Source: Sphagnum compactum (Eukaryota). From it: DNA of 64,000 bases. Location: assembly GCA_965153455.1 (NCBI GenBank), contig OZ234493.1:32974213-33038212 (forward strand), given 5' to 3'. A program made the position numbers and the translations under genes. The notes beneath the pieces were generated by a model, which saw only the letters and a list, made by a program, of their open reading frames with translations, searched no databases and was not told the origin of the DNA. Shown piece after piece: positions 24,656-37,491 of this stretch. Every line of letters starts with the position of its first letter. Within the stretch, counting starts at the first letter, position 1.

Positions 24656-25842
24656 AATTGTGAGTAATATGTGATTACATTTTCTGGCCTGGAAACCTAG
24701 GGTCCTCCAAGTGCTAGTGCAAAATTACCAAACTACAGTTGCCAGGTATGTCTATATCTGAAAAGGAGGTGGTAGCCCAGATAGTGAATTGAACAACCCT
24801 ACATCACATGTTTGTTTGCGGGCACAATCATTCTGCTTCCTTGCTTCTGCTGGTTGATTTCCAGCAAACATGGGAATTTCAAGTGTTCTACCATGCTGGG
24901 GACAAGAACTTCTGTTCTGGACAGTATGGATCATTACCCAGCCGACCTTCATGTGACTCAATGGTGATTTTGATCAACCTTGCTTCAAACGTCTCTCTTT
25001 ATGTCTGGATGTGAAAGAAAATTCTTAGTGTGTCAGAGAGATATGCAGTGCCACACCTCAAACTGCAGACTTGGACACATTTTTATGTTGCTTTGCACTT
25101 TTTTGGTAGCTTTTCAAGGTTTGTCCTGGGTTTTACCCAGTTCACACATTGTTTGATCAAGGAAACTCACATTCAATTACAATTGCTACTTGGTGTCTCA
25201 GGCAAGTATAAAAACTCTTTTCTGGAGCTTAGGTTCACTTTCATGCAAGGTGGAAACAGAGAACCCTGATTCCACTTGTCAAGTCATTCTCTGGAGACAC
25301 TGTATGAGTCCTCTCCTGGCCTAGCTGGAGAGGACCATTGAATCAAGAGTGCTTCATTGCCTATTAGGTTAAAGCTTCTCATGTACTCTCAAAATAGCAT
25401 TTTTCCTATGCCAATTCTCCAATGTGAAGAAGGCAGATAATTTAGTGCTGAATGGTTTTCTTCATCATGAAATATCTGCCTAAATTGTCTATTAAATTGG
25501 AGGACTACTTTATGTACCTATGTTGCAGATGGATACTTCTGGAGAGTTTGACTTCGGGTTAAGGATTGGCCATATCACACACGGACTGTCACGGAGCTTT
25601 TGGAACAAAGCAGTTTATATCCAGTCTGGTTAGCACGTATAAAGCTAGGCAGACAATCCTGGAGAAAAACAAATTTTAGACTGAAATGAACTTTTTCGCA
25701 AGTAATTCTCAAAAAAATTAAGTAAAATTAGCCAATAGCAGCCAAAAAAAAGTTCACCCTAAGAAAACACATGAGCTCAGTTGTGCTACAAAATTATCTG
25801 CCTCAGGCCATTTTGGTTTTATTGACCACATGAACACTTTAT

Positions 25843-25998
25843 TGTTTGTGTTGAAAGGATCAATGAAGTTTTTGGCAAGTCATAGTTGATTTTGGCTCAT
25901 GTTGTTAACCAATGACTAGGTGTTTGTGTTGAATGGATCAATGAAGTTTTTGGCAAGTCATAGTTGATTTTGGCTCATGTTGTTAACCAATGACCAAG
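25843..25998 (+). repeat. Tandem duplication, 2 x 78 bp
   Basis: The unit TGTTTGTGTTGAA(A/T)GGATCAATGAAGTTTTTGGCAAGTC...TTAACCAATGAC starts at 25843 and 25921; the copies are nearly identical. Confidence 0.9.
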
Positions 25999-26049
25999 GA
26001 TACACCGCATGTCTGGGATGTTAGGTAGGGGCAGGCTTTCCCAAGGAAG

Positions 26050-29000
26050 AGGCCCCTCAGTCATGCTAATTCCATCTGGTGTCCTGTAGACAAGCCAGCC
26101 TGGTCAGGGGACCTCCCGACCCCTTCCAACGACCAGGATTGGACTCCCTGGCTGGAAGCGGCCATCGGCAGGGTAATGGCCTGCAACAACCGCCTAGCCA
26201 AGGCAAAGAAGCGACTCAGAGGAGCCACGATCAGAATGAACACAAAAAGAGTTCAACTCGCGGAAGCTCAGCTTCAAAACAACCCGACCAACGAGGAAGT
26301 GAGGGGTGTCCTGTCCGACTCGCAAGCCAAGCTGGCAGAAATTTTTCAAAATCAGGTGGCGCGCAACCAACACCTCTCCTCTTCGAACTGGTTCAGGTAT
26401 GGCGACACCTGTTCCAAAACCTTCTTTGACTTTCACCGGGCAGGGCAAAAGAAGACCCCGATGAGGGAAGTGGTCACCGACAACGGGCCGATCAGAAGGC
26501 AAACTGACCTCACCAATCACATCATCGATTTCTACACCAAACTCTATACCTCGGAAGCCCACCTCCCTGGGACCCAGGAAGCCCAAGCCTCCTTCTGGGA
26601 CAGTGTCCCGGCGAGAGTCTCGGCGGAAACTAATGCCTTCCTCACCCAGAGCCTCACGCTAGAGGAGGTCGTCAAGGCGATTCTTGCACTGCCCAAAAAC
26701 AAAGCACCCGGACAGGATAGAATTCCCATCGAATTCTTCCAATCTTGTGTCAATGAGGTGGCACCTTCACTCCTCATGGCATACACGGCCATGCTGAACT
26801 CAGGCGAGGCTTCGGCTTTCATCAATAGGGGCTTAATCACCTTGATTCCAAAAACAGGAGATCGCTCCAAGCTGGGAAATTGGAGACCGATCACCCTGTT
26901 GGGATGCATCTACAAAATTCTTGCCAAGGCGCTCGCGGGAAGGCTGCAAACCTTCCTCCCAAGCATAAGGCAGGAGTATTCCGGACAACGTCTTCATGGC
27001 CCAAGACTCTCTGAGCTGGGCCGAGGAGAGCAACCAGGACTTGGTGCTCCTCCTCTTGGACTTTGAGAAGGCCTTCGATAGAATAGAATGGAATTTTCTT
27101 TTTTCCGCCATGGACCACATCGGATTCAGCAACACCTGGATAAAATGGGTTCGCACCCTGTATCGGGAAGCGTCCTCAGTAATCAAGGTCAACGGTGTAG
27201 TAGGACCAACCTTTCAGCTCGCCAGATCAGTTAGACAGGGCTGCCCGCTAGCACCTTATCTCTTCATTATTGCAACCGACATCTTGGGGTACATGCTGGT
27301 AGATCCTAGGCACGGGATTGAGGGCCTGACGCTGCCCAAGGGGGGCAGAATCAGGGACCAAACCTTTGCCGATGACACAGCATTGTACCTCAAGGGCGAC
27401 CAGGAAAACCTCGACAGGGCCCAGGGTGTACTTAAAGTCTTCTGCAAAGCCTCAGGGGCCAGGATCAACTGGAATAAATCCTCCGCCATATGGGCGAGCA
27501 GGAGAGAGAGAATCTGGGACTAGGGGCAGGAAGTTGGCCTCAAATGGGTCCCAGAGGCGAGGGCGTCAGATACCTAGGGGTTCAAGTCGGATTTCACCTC
27601 CCAACAGAGGCAAACTTCAACAAGATGTTGAGTGCACTAAAAGGGAAGCTGATATGCTGGAGCCACATCAACCTCTCCCTCGCGAGCAGGGTATTAGTCG
27701 CCAACCAGGTGCTACTGGCCTCTACTTGGTACCTGGCCGCATGCTGGAACCCTAATCCCAGCATGTGCAGCCAGGTGCGCGGAGTCGTAAGGAACTTTAT
27801 TTGGGGGGGGAAAGCCGCGCCCACCCGGGCCAAGGTGAAATGGGACACCCTCACCCTGCCCATTGCTAAAGGCGAACTGGGCATAATCGACCCCAAATCG
27901 CAATCGGAAGCCCTCCTCGCGAAACTTCTGGTCAGGGGTCTTGCACCCGGAGGGGAACCCTGGAAGGAATTGATCAGGCACCACGCTGATCAAACCAAGC
28001 TCCCTGTTCATGGGAAAGGGCCTGACACTACAGACATCCACTGGATTTTCGCCGCGCCTAAGCTAAAAAGGGCGCCTTGCTCAATGTGGAAGAACATTCT
28101 GGGGGCTTGGATGAGCATTCGCCCTGGCTTCGCCAAGAAGGAGCCATCAAATCTGGCGGAACTGATGAGACAACCTATCTTCAGTAATCCATCTCTCACC
28201 AATGTAAGGGGAGAACCCCTTGGAGTCAACGGCCACAGCGAAGGCTGCGCCTTCGCGCGGGCCGAACACACCAGAATCAAGGATTTCTGGAATGGCGATA
28301 CTCAGGACTGGAAGAACCTCTCAGACCTGAAAATGCACTTCCACGCATCCAACAGGTCCTCCAAAGACATCATCATTGGGAGCATCCCCTGGAGGCTAGA
28401 CTTTTTCAACCCCTGTGCACAGCCAAGGGACTGGGTAAGTACTCCCAGCTCGGGTAGCCCCCTGGAATGGGTATACTACGTTCTGGAGGCGCTCGCGGAC
28501 AAGGTATTAGTGCTAGAATTCAGAAGAATAGCTAGTAGCGGACAGATCCGGGCAACGAACTTTCAAAAACTTACCATCCGCCTAGACAATTTATCCCTGA
28601 TCAGGGTCCTGTCGCGCGAGAGATATGGAGCGTCTCTCAAAGTCGCCAACGACCCTCCACTTGCCAACCAGAGAAACAAAACATACTGGATCTTTGAGTC
28701 TGGCATCATCAAAAACCTCCCCTGGGACCCAGGGGAGTGGCACTGGAAAGAGGTACACCCCCTGGGCGACGCCCCTTTCTTTGGATACACGGCCAAAAGG
28801 GGATACAAGAACGTGAAGAGCTCCTCGCGCTCCCCGGGAATCATCACATTCATCGACAACCTTAACTTCAGGAACTCTTCAATTTCCCAAGTGGTTGCCA
28901 GGATCTGGCATAACTCCCGGCCCAGGAAAGTTGGCACTCTGATTTGGCTAACCTTCAATCAGGGCCTCCCAACTGGCACCTGGCTACAGGTGATGGGAAT

Positions 29001-29295
29001 CTCTCCCACCTGCGCAACTTGCAGCTCAGGGGCTCCCGAGTCCCCCCACACTGTCTATTGGACTGCCCCCCAGCGCAACGCGCCTGGGGCGCTTTCAAAA
29101 GAGTGTGGGAGGAATGGAAAGCCCCCGAAGACGTCACCTTCAACTGGCCCTTCGCTTTGCTAGGCGAGGCCTCCATCAAGCACGAGGAAGACCCCCTGGG
29201 CCTGCACGCTTACCACCCAGGAGGATACACTTACCTCAGGCAGCCGCTTGACATTTTACGCACCTTCATCCTATACTACCTTTGGTCCGAGAGAT
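26050..29295 (+). mobile_element. L1/Tx1-type non-LTR retrotransposon ORF2 fragment (reverse transcriptase + zf-RVT), truncated at both ends and frameshifted
   Basis: WFRYGDTCSKTFF, KAPGQDRIPIEFF, NWRPITLLGCIYKILAKAL, LDFEKAFDRIEW, RQGCPLAPYLF, FADD, SGARINWNKS, YLGV, KWDTLTLP..KGELGI, and C-terminal CATC....ESP-HCLLDC. Breaks occur near 26968, 27521-27560 and ~29045. GC-rich relative to the flanks. Confidence 0.93.
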
Positions 29296-30121
29296 TGGGT
29301 CATGGCCAGGGTGAAGCAGTACCTACACTGGTACCTTCACCTTCTTGAGTGAGGCCTTATATTAGTGACCTTATTGAACCCAAGAAATATTAGATTTGAA
29401 CTCAGAGATCCTGATTTAGTTTAAGCATGTGATATTCATAATACTTAGAACCAATTTAAATGAATTTTGGGGCTTTCACCAGGTTCCGAGTGTAGGTGCA
29501 TGTCATTTGCTGGTTCTATATCTGGCTCTTTCACTTCCACTTGTGATCTCAATTACCCTGAGGAGACTGAAGGCGCTTGTGATACGAATCAAGAGTTACA
29601 GTCTGAATCAGGCTCCTACTATGTATCTCCTGTGTGTATATAGACCGCAGGGCAAGATGGTGTTCCATTAGTTCATAAGGGGCTAACAGTGTGTTACAGT
29701 CTATAACAGGCTCCATAGTGTATCTCCTATGCTAGTATGCCTATCTTTCATGTTACATTTGTCCTTGATTGCAGTAGTTATTGGGAGATCTAAACCCTAC
29801 TTTGGTGGTTAAATGTGAGGAGTCCGACCTAATACTGTATGCTCTGACTTGCCTGAACCTATGTAACTTTTTTGCATTCGTAACAATTCAACATACCCGA
29901 AGTTGAGTGCAATTTTATGTGTAACTTTTATTCTTCACTTTACCACCTAGTGATACATCCTATGGTCACACCCAAATCACCTCAAGTGGAATTTGGATGA
30001 TCTTGCAAAGCCCAGAAAATCCTGAAGCACACACTCCTTGATGGTGGTCAACAAACAAACTTTTGAAAAGTGAATTTGTATCAAGTACAAAACCTCATGC
30101 AATCCTCTCTGCCATGATGTA

Positions 30122-30722
30122 GGGTAGCCTGCCCTATGACCGACCACTTTGTTAATATCTTCCTCATCTCTTCTTCATTTTGAGTGATTTAAAACGTTAT
30201 AGGAGCGCTAACTCGAGCTCTCCAATTTGTCTTTGAACAGCAGAGGCAGAGGAGTAATTATAGATGAGCAAGAAGAGAAATAATTGCTTTTCCAACTTAT
30301 AAAACACATTTTTTTCTTTTTTCTTCCGTTCTACTCCTCTTACTTTCAATGCTCATAACTTTCTCATTTCTTGTTCAATTTAAGTGATTTAAAGTGCTAT
30401 AAGAGCGCAACCTTCTGATCTACAAATAATCTTCAAATCATAAAGGCAATAGAGCAACTTTCAAAGACTTTTTTTTGGGTGTTCAGTAATAGTCTTCCAA
30501 GTGTTGGGTGGTTTTTCGTTTCCACCATTTGACCCCCCCGCCCCCCTACTTTGGAGGGTCACATCTGACTCATTTCTTCATCTTTTTCAACGATTAAACT
30601 TTCTGTGGGTGTGCAAATAGTAGGGCCACAATTCCTCTTTGGGCATGAAATTCAAAGGAGCACTCTCCAGAAATTCGCAGACCTCAGAGACAATAAGTGT
30701 TCGGTGACCGGCCAGGCTACCC
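30122..30722. mobile_element. TIR MITE flanked by TA (Tc1/mariner-like)
   Basis: Left GGGTAGCCTGCCCTATGACCGACCAC versus the reverse complement of the right end GGGTAGCCTGGCCGGTCACCGAACAC. TA at 30120-21 and 30723-24. Confidence 0.7.
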
Positions 30723-30729
30723 TATCACC

Positions 30730-30779
30730 TTTGCACTCAATTTCTTACTATGCTTCCATGGTAAGAAATTGAGTGCAAA
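30730..30779. repeat. Near-perfect 23-bp inverted repeat, 4-nt loop
   Basis: TTTGCACTCAATTTCTTACTATG cttc CATGGTAAGAAATTGAGTGCAAA (22/23; the mismatch is a U-G pair on the + strand). Confidence 0.9.
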
Positions 30780-30896
30780 ACCAAGGTCACCGTGGGTGGA
30801 CACAAGTTTCATGCCAAGGTGAATGGCATTCACTAGTCATAAGAAAGATGGAAAAGAATCCTCTCTAGATTAAATTATCAGACTCTGATTGAAGAT

Positions 30897-31393
30897 ACTA
30901 TGGTATAGTGTGATTTTACTAATTAGTTGTGGGGACCCCAAGAGCTCAATGTATGTGTTTTTGGTTGGTCATGGCCTCTTTGATTGGCCCATCCCCAAAA
31001 TTAGAAGCTCCCAGCATGGAAGTATTCACCCCAAGAATAGAAATCCAATATTGGCCCCACCTATGTAGGTTCCAAGATGAGGCTGTGTTGGACAAAGCAT
31101 ATGGGACAAAGTGAGGTGCTAGTGGGACATGTTGGGGAATTTATTGGGAAGTTGGGGAACGTGCTGGGAACTCAGTGAGAACTTGATGAGAACACAGTGT
31201 GAACTTGATGGGAACACAGTGAGAACCAAAAAAATCCAAAACCCTTCCCACCCCCACTCTCCCCAGAAGGGAAAAAATTGGGCTCCTTGAGTACATGATG
31301 GCTCATCACATTGGCTGCCAAGAATTTCTATGCCATTGCTTTACCATTTTTGGCCTAGGCTAATGGCAAGGGCATGAATTGTGAGGACATAGT
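30897..31393. mobile_element. MITE-like element with GGGAAC/GAGAAC sub-repeats (partial second copy at ~36770-37060)
   Basis: ACTATG...CATAGT ends. Shares TTGGCCC..CT.TA.AG, TATGGGA.AAAGTG.GGT.C, the tandem GGGAAC tract and ATTGGCTG..A.GAATT with 36770-37060. Confidence 0.55.
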
Positions 31394-33609
31394 TTACAGA
31401 GTCTTGACAACCCAATTGATCAAGCTAATATACTCTAGAGTTTAGAGTTGCAGAAGACCCACCCACAAGCCCAGGAGTCAGAAGGTGGTTGTGTGGGTTT
31501 ACTTGAATATCTGCGCTGCTAGCTGCTACCTGAAGAACACGATTTAGTGGCTGCAAAGCAATAAAGTTATTGTTAATGTAATCCTTTGGGCCTGACTTTG
31601 GTCCTCACTGTACTCGCTTATCCTCCCCATTTGAGCTATCTAAAAAGTTCAAAGTAATCTTTACTTTGGGCTTGACTTTGGTCCTCATTGTATTCACTCA
31701 TCCTCCTCTATAAAGCTTATCAAGATGAATATCGTTCCTCAAAACTTAGAATGAATTCTCAAAAGTAATCATCCTAATTTTTAAAAAAACTGGACTATGA
31801 TCTACCTCTATTATGGTCACATAGATTAGGAGACTACCTTGATAGGGACTAATTAGATTAGGGTAGTGTTTTATATTTTGGGCAAAATTTAGTATTTTTT
31901 TAGTTACAAAGGGGCCATTTGACCACCTAGGTTTACTTTATACTGTTAGATTGGGTTGAAATTGTCAACAACTGATGACTTGTGATGTGACAAGAGCCAC
32001 TTTGTTAATGAAGGTTCAATCCATCATAGCCACCTTTGTAAAATGCTTTGGCCATTGGATGCTAGAATCTGATTATGATGCTAATCAATTCACATGAATT
32101 TACCTTGGTAACTACATCCATTGCATCTCTGCTTTGTAGCATTCAAAAGTTTTTTCTCACCATTATTACTCTACTCTAATGTATGTTGTTGTAACTTTCT
32201 CTTTCAAATTTGTTGTCATTGTCAATTTCATCTTCATTAGACCTTTAGACTTGCAAAGAGGTTACCTGAAGTGGTAAGCATTTAACTTCAAAAGCTCCAA
32301 TGGACAACTCTTAATGAAGAGAAGTTCCAATGGACAATAATAGATGCCTTCAAGCTTGCTACAAATCCCACTTGTGTGTAATCGATCTGATGTTCAACAA
32401 CCTTGAGATATAAAATTCCCATCCCTTTTGAAATGGTCATCGTGTATAAAGTTTGTGATTGTGCCTTTGAAGCATTTTGACATGCACTATTGCATTTTGG
32501 TGTATGCACTTTTGTGTTCTACTATAGCATTTTCACCTCTACAATATTTTTGTTTCCTAATGCATTTGTTTTATTATATTTTTGTGTTGCATTTTGTTGT
32601 GTGTTTTTTAATTTCTTTCAATTACATACAAGTTTCATTGACCAACAGGTATTAATTCTATTTCATTTTTCCTTTTGTGATCTACGCAATATTCAAATTA
32701 TCCTCTTAAACCTTCTTTTATTTTGAAAATGTTTTAAATCCTTCAAATCCTTTTGAGTCCTTTGTTTTCATTATTTATCACCTAGTGACCACCAGTATTA
32801 ATTTTATTTCATTTTTTGCTTTTGTATCGACACAATATTCAAATTAACTTTCTTTCATGTGATTTTTATGATCATTACAAATAATGATAATATGCACTGA
32901 ACCTATTGGCCACCAAGTTCAATTTGCAATTTTTAATTTATTTTAACTATCCAAATTGTTTTAAATTAATTTCGGACTCTTTGAAAGTCCAAAATTAATT
33001 AAATAAATGTCTCAACTTTCCATTTTAAAAACATATATTTTTTAGCAACAAATTGACCTAAAATAATTGTTCATCCTACCTTTGATTAATGAAACATTAT
33101 TGGTGCAACAATCATTTTTTTTCAAGCTTACTATGCTTGCCAATTGCCATGCTGCTATAATTTTTCTTTGGACTTTAATCCCTACACAAAAATTGTACCA
33201 ACTTGGCTAACAATCAACTCCTTTTTTCATTTGAATTAAGAATTCAACTTCTCATTTTTTAAATGCAAATTTTTGATACAATTATCTATGATTGATATAG
33301 TTTAGAAGTTAAAAAAAATTGTTTAGCCTTGTCATGTGACTTGTGTAATATAATGTATTTTGCTATAGTGTATATGGACTTTTATTTTAACATTAATATG
33401 AACTCCACATATGTCGGAAAATACTACACCCACAACCCTAGTGTGCTTTCACCCTAACATACTTAAACTACTTGCAAATTACCACTTGTGTCACATTGCA
33501 AATATGAAAAAAAAAAATTGTGTTAGGGTGTTCATATTTATTTATGGGCTACCTACCTACTTCCGTATTAACCCACCAACATATGTAAGATAGGGGTGAT
33601 GAAATGATT

Positions 33610-34290
33610 ACATGGGGAATTACATCGGGCTTATCTAAAGGCCTACTTAACAATTACCTAAAAGGTTATTTAAAAATTATCTAAGGGCTTACCTAGGTTA
33701 AGCGATACCTAGGGACTATTTAAGGATTACTTAAATGTCACTTGAAGGCCTACCCAGGTTATGGGCTATCAAAGATAAAGATTATTAGAAGCTTATAGAA
33801 AAGGTTACATAGGACTACTTAAGGTGTTACATAGGAGTTACAAAGGAACCTACCTAAGTTAGGAGATGCCTCAAAACTATTTAGGTTAAAAGGTTACCTA
33901 GGGCTACCTTAACTTATAAAATCTTTAGCTAGCCCCACAAGTAAATTTTAAGTAATCTCCCAAATAATCTTTAGATATTTCATAACCTAGGTAAGCCCCT
34001 AAGTCTTTCCCTAAATAGTCCCTAAGTAACCCCTTACATAACCCTTAGATATGCTATAACCTAAACAAGCTCCTAGGTGTTTCCCTAGGTAGCCCTTATG
34101 TAAGTTTTTGATAGCCCTTATTTTAAATAACCTCATAAGTAAAACTATGTAATCCTTTCTTGCACCATGAGTTGTCATTAAGTAATCCCCTAAATATCTT
34201 TTAATTTTAAAAATCTTTAGCTAATCCCTTAAATAAGTTTTGTGTAATCTCTTAAGTCTCCCTTAAGTATCCCATAGCATATGTAGGCTC
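33610..34290. repeat. Degenerate foldback built from short TAGGT/ACCTA-type units
   Basis: GGGCTTACCTAGGTTA (~33685) is the exact reverse complement of TAACCTAGGTAAGCCC (~33984). The left half is G-rich and the right half is C-rich. Confidence 0.55.
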
Positions 34291-37094
34291 TTAAATAACA
34301 CATAGACACAAACAAAACATAGAAGACACGATCATGGGTTGAAGAGGAAATTCCTCAAATCATCATGGTTGAGGATTTCCTCTCCTGTTTTCCTTTGGTA
34401 AAGTCCCATCTTTCGTTTCAATTTCAATTGTAATCTTCATTTATTAATTTTGCAAATAACTTTAATAACCAAGGAAAGTTTGGAGGTTAAAACTGGATGG
34501 CTAATTATTGGCTTGGAGGAACAAAGGCAACCTTGTATGTTGGCCTTGTTGTCCAGCCTCCACCTCAAACTTGGCTTGTGACCTTCACAGCTAGTCCCAA
34601 CTAATGCCTCTGCATGTGTAGGCGCCTTAAAGAAAATTTCATGCACAATTAGGGAGCTTAGGGGTGAGCTATAAACTTAGGGATTTTGCTATCTTTGTCT
34701 AATAAAGGTGATCTCTAGATTTATTCATAGTCTCTGACTTTAAGTGGTTTATGTAATGGAGTAATTATATTTTTCAAAACAATAATTATGTTCCATAATA
34801 ATAATAATGATTAACCATTCATTAAAATAATTGTCAATTTCAAGCTTAGTTACCTCACTTCTTTTCTCCTAATCTTTCCTCATAGGTAATTATCTCACTC
34901 TTTTCTTGTACCCACCTACAAGGACATGAAAAAGGCACAATTGCCTTTTCAATTGTGCCTTTTCATGTCCACTCTATCTAATAAAAACAAAATTTGAGAT
35001 TAACATAAATGACGATGAACTATTGAGAATCAAATGGGAACATACAAGGAATATATTTAAAGGAGGTGGGGGCGGGGGGAGGAGGAAGATTTTGTTCAGG
35101 TTAGAACTTTGTTCAAAGATTACACTCATATCATAAAAGCAAAATTAGAGATTAATTCAATTATTAGAAAATCTATAACTATTGTTCATGTAAAATGATT
35201 TTAAATATTAAAATACATCTTTTGCCATGGTAGATGTTTAAGATTAATTATTTAATTCTTTTATTTCTTCACTATGTATAAATCATAAGTACAAATAATA
35301 AGAATAAACTAATGCAAGTGGCATCATAATATTTGGATATTTTAAATCAAATATTAGTTACATTAAACTATAAAATATTTGAATTGACACTACATAACCT
35401 TGGATTAATCCAAACCTTTTCCCAAGATGTAAGGTTCTAATAAAAAAACATGAGTGCCATGTCATGATATTGGTGTTATTAGTTTTAATTTAAAATTATA
35501 ATGACATTTTCAAAGTGCATTACTTGTAAATATGTACTAACTTATATTACTTAGCAAAACACTATAATTCCAACTTAACCCAAAATTGCATAAGGCAGTA
35601 AAGTGAGATGTTTAACAAATTAATTAGATATGTCTTTGAAACAAATGAAGTATGGAATCATTTGCCACCTCTTAATGAGGTCTTGAGTTGTAAGTTGTAA
35701 CCTTTGAAGCTAGTTATAAATTAAAAAGTACTTTTCACATCACTCAGGAATGCTTGAAGATCACCTGTATCTTGCTTTGAGCCTTGAGGTCCAAGCTACT
35801 TTTAGCTCAAGGTGTTGTAGACCCAAGTGAATACATAGTCCTTGTCTTGAAGCATGGCCCAACAACATACATGTTTGTCCATTTTGGCATTATGGACCCA
35901 CGTTGGGAGTTCAGCACATCAGCTGTTCCCGGGATACCAGGTTATCCCTCCCCACCTCAATTTCCTACCAACTACTTTGGGCGGTGACTTGTCTTCCCCC
36001 ATCGATCATCACCCTTCCACTAAAGGTCTTCTTTGTTATCATTGATTGTCATTTTGTAGTCATGAGTCCTCTTTGCATAGGGTCTTTGTCTGATTTTTTA
36101 ATTTTTTTTTTCGATTGTTTGCTTTTGTTTTTTCTTTGGGTTGTGTCTTCTTGTATTCTCATTTACCTTGTACTTTTGTGGATGTTTTCCATCCTTAATT
36201 TTTATTTACAGAGTTTTTCTTCTTTACACTAAACTTTAACCTACACTAACATACTGAACTTGATACTTGTTCCAAGCTCCATTTACACCTATGTTGATAG
36301 CTAAGGATTCCATGCCACCTAAAGAAAGTGTTGCCACCTTGTCCCTTTTCATTCAATTTGATGGCTTATAGGGTTTTCCCAATTTTGTCCCATATTTTTA
36401 CTAAGTGTTTCTTGCTGCACATAGTACTTCTCATTTCAAAGTTGGTACATCCAGAGAAGAAGGAATACAACCTTGGTTATTGTTGCCAATCAATGTCTAA
36501 TGCCTTAAATATCTGAGATCAATTATTTGTCAATTGTTGAATTGCTCTACTCTATATAAGTAAATATGTAGATTAATTATTTCTGATTGCTTTTGTGATC
36601 AACCAATGGATCAACCCATCATATCACAGTTTGGTGAATTTATGAACATCAAAACATGAATAAAGAGCACATAGAAAAAAAACATTATTATCCTGCATGG
36701 TAGAAAACACGATGCACAGAATGAATAATCACAAAGAAATTGGATGTGAAAGTTATAACAGAAGTTTGCACTCCCAAAATAGAATTATAGAAGTGCTTTC
36801 CTTTGGCCCATCTCTATAGATTGTGTGAGTTTAACTTTGGGCGAAAGTTATGGGATAAAGTGTGGTACCATACGGAAATCTTGAGGAACACACTCAGAAC
36901 TTGGGAAACACATTGGGAACTTCAAAATTCAAAAGACCCAAACACTGCACTCTCTTTCAAAGAAAACAAACTAGGCTTCTTGGGTGCATATTACATCACC
37001 TTATTGGCTGAGGAGAATTGGCCTGACTGTGTTTGTCATTCATTTTTGTCTAGACTCATGTGCCGCCCTCCATGAGGCCGGTGTGTACCTCTTA

Positions 37095-37491
37095 TCTATC
37101 TATGAAGCAAGGTAGTTTGAGAATGTTTGGAGCTTTGATGTGGAAGCTATCGATTATTGAATCATTTTCTGAATGAAAACTCGAAAGAAAATATTAAAAA
37201 AAAACCGTATTGGAAGTTGGGGATGTTCTTGGTGTTGTTGGAAAGCCCTTGACAAGTCAGATTTAATAGAGTTTATTTCACAATTTTAAGAGCTAAGGTG
37301 TGAAAGATATTGATTTTTAGTGAATTTTGTTGCTGGAAATTCAAACAAATTGAAAAAATTGAGTTTGGAAGGAAAAATCAGTGGTGAACCCTCAATGTGT
37401 TCACATTCCTGAATTTAAAAATTTTCAATTATGAAAATGTGAAAAATAAAGAATGTGTTCACACTTGGGCCAATGGCACAAGCTACATTAG
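37095..37491 (+). mobile_element. Probable non-autonomous Helitron-like element
   Basis: A|TC 5' end (TCTATCTATGAAGC). The 3' end has a weak hairpin (TTGGGCCA-a-TGGCACAA) followed by TTAG|T, one change from CTAG|T. No TIR or TSD. Confidence 0.4.

Noticed and set aside
31130..31230. Repeated GAACTTGATG.GAACACAGTG units resembling a CRISPR array
   Set aside because: Adjacent tandem sub-repeats without unique spacers, inside a dispersed MITE; no cas genes.
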